From positions 1-42,860 of IMG/VR virus record IMGVR_UViG_3300027804_000098: a stretch of 42,860 nucleotides of DNA. One strand, 5' to 3'. The DNA comes from a virus (Duplodnaviria; Caudoviricetes). The notes below the pieces were generated by a model. The model was not told the origin of the DNA. It did not search any database and worked only from the letters and a program-made list of their open reading frames with translations. Each line of letters opens with the position of its first letter. Position 1 is the stretch's first letter. Positions 42,648 to 42,860 of the stretch are shown here, piece after piece. The position numbers and the translations under genes are program-made.

Positions 42648-42860
42648 ATGAGTAACGATTTAAAGTGGATGATTTCATCCGACCAGCAATTCCCATACCA
42701 GGATGATAAAATGATTGCACTTTGGTTCAAGGTTATGAAGTGGTTTAAGCCAGATGTTGTGGACTACCTTGGAGATACAGATGACCAAGCATGCTATAGC
42801 AAATATACAGAGGGAAGATCAGCAGAATTTTTAAATCTGCATAAGACTGATAGCCGAGAT
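42648..42860 (+). CDS. Calcineurin-like metallophosphoesterase, 3'-truncated (absent from the ORF track)
   Basis: MSNDLKWMISSDQQFPYQD...KPDVVDYLGDTDD: a D-x-(H/Q) motif and a GDxxD motif. Confidence 0.7.
   Translation, partial: MSNDLKWMISSDQQFPYQDDKMIALWFKVMKWFKPDVVDYLGDTDDQACYSKYTEGRSAEFLNLHKTDSRD

Noticed and set aside
1-42860. tRNA, rRNA, integrase or lysis genes
   Set aside because: None recognised; the intergenic gaps are short and explained by promoters and terminators.

Overview
The whole window is the virion-morphogenesis region of an AT-rich, long-tailed (siphovirus-like) dsDNA phage, and every credible gene is on the + strand. Gene order: a 5'-truncated fibre gene; an FN3 protein ending in 34 Pro-Pro-Phe-Phe-type repeats; an accessory island (WxG-motif protein, CxxC protein, six intact and one degenerate 2OG-Fe(II) oxygenases, two DUF6065-like genes); a LamG protein; portal; prohead protease with a nested scaffold; major capsid; neck genes; tail tube; tail chaperone with a -1 frameshift; a 2873-aa tape measure carrying internal cargo-like domains; tail tip and fibre genes; a 1231-aa protein (FN3, seven TSP1-like Cys repeats, (Thr-Ile-Asn)21, Hint domain); a second oxygenase/WxG/CxxC set; small ORFs; and a 3'-truncated metallophosphoesterase. 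The most interesting signal is a cassette that occurs twice: an FN3 virion-type protein with a homopolymeric peptide tail, plus 2OG-Fe(II) hydroxylase(s), a WxG protein and a CxxC protein. This suggests a phage-encoded system for post-translationally modifying and maturing virion appendages, which is an inference. All family calls come from motif recognition by eye; no database searches were run.
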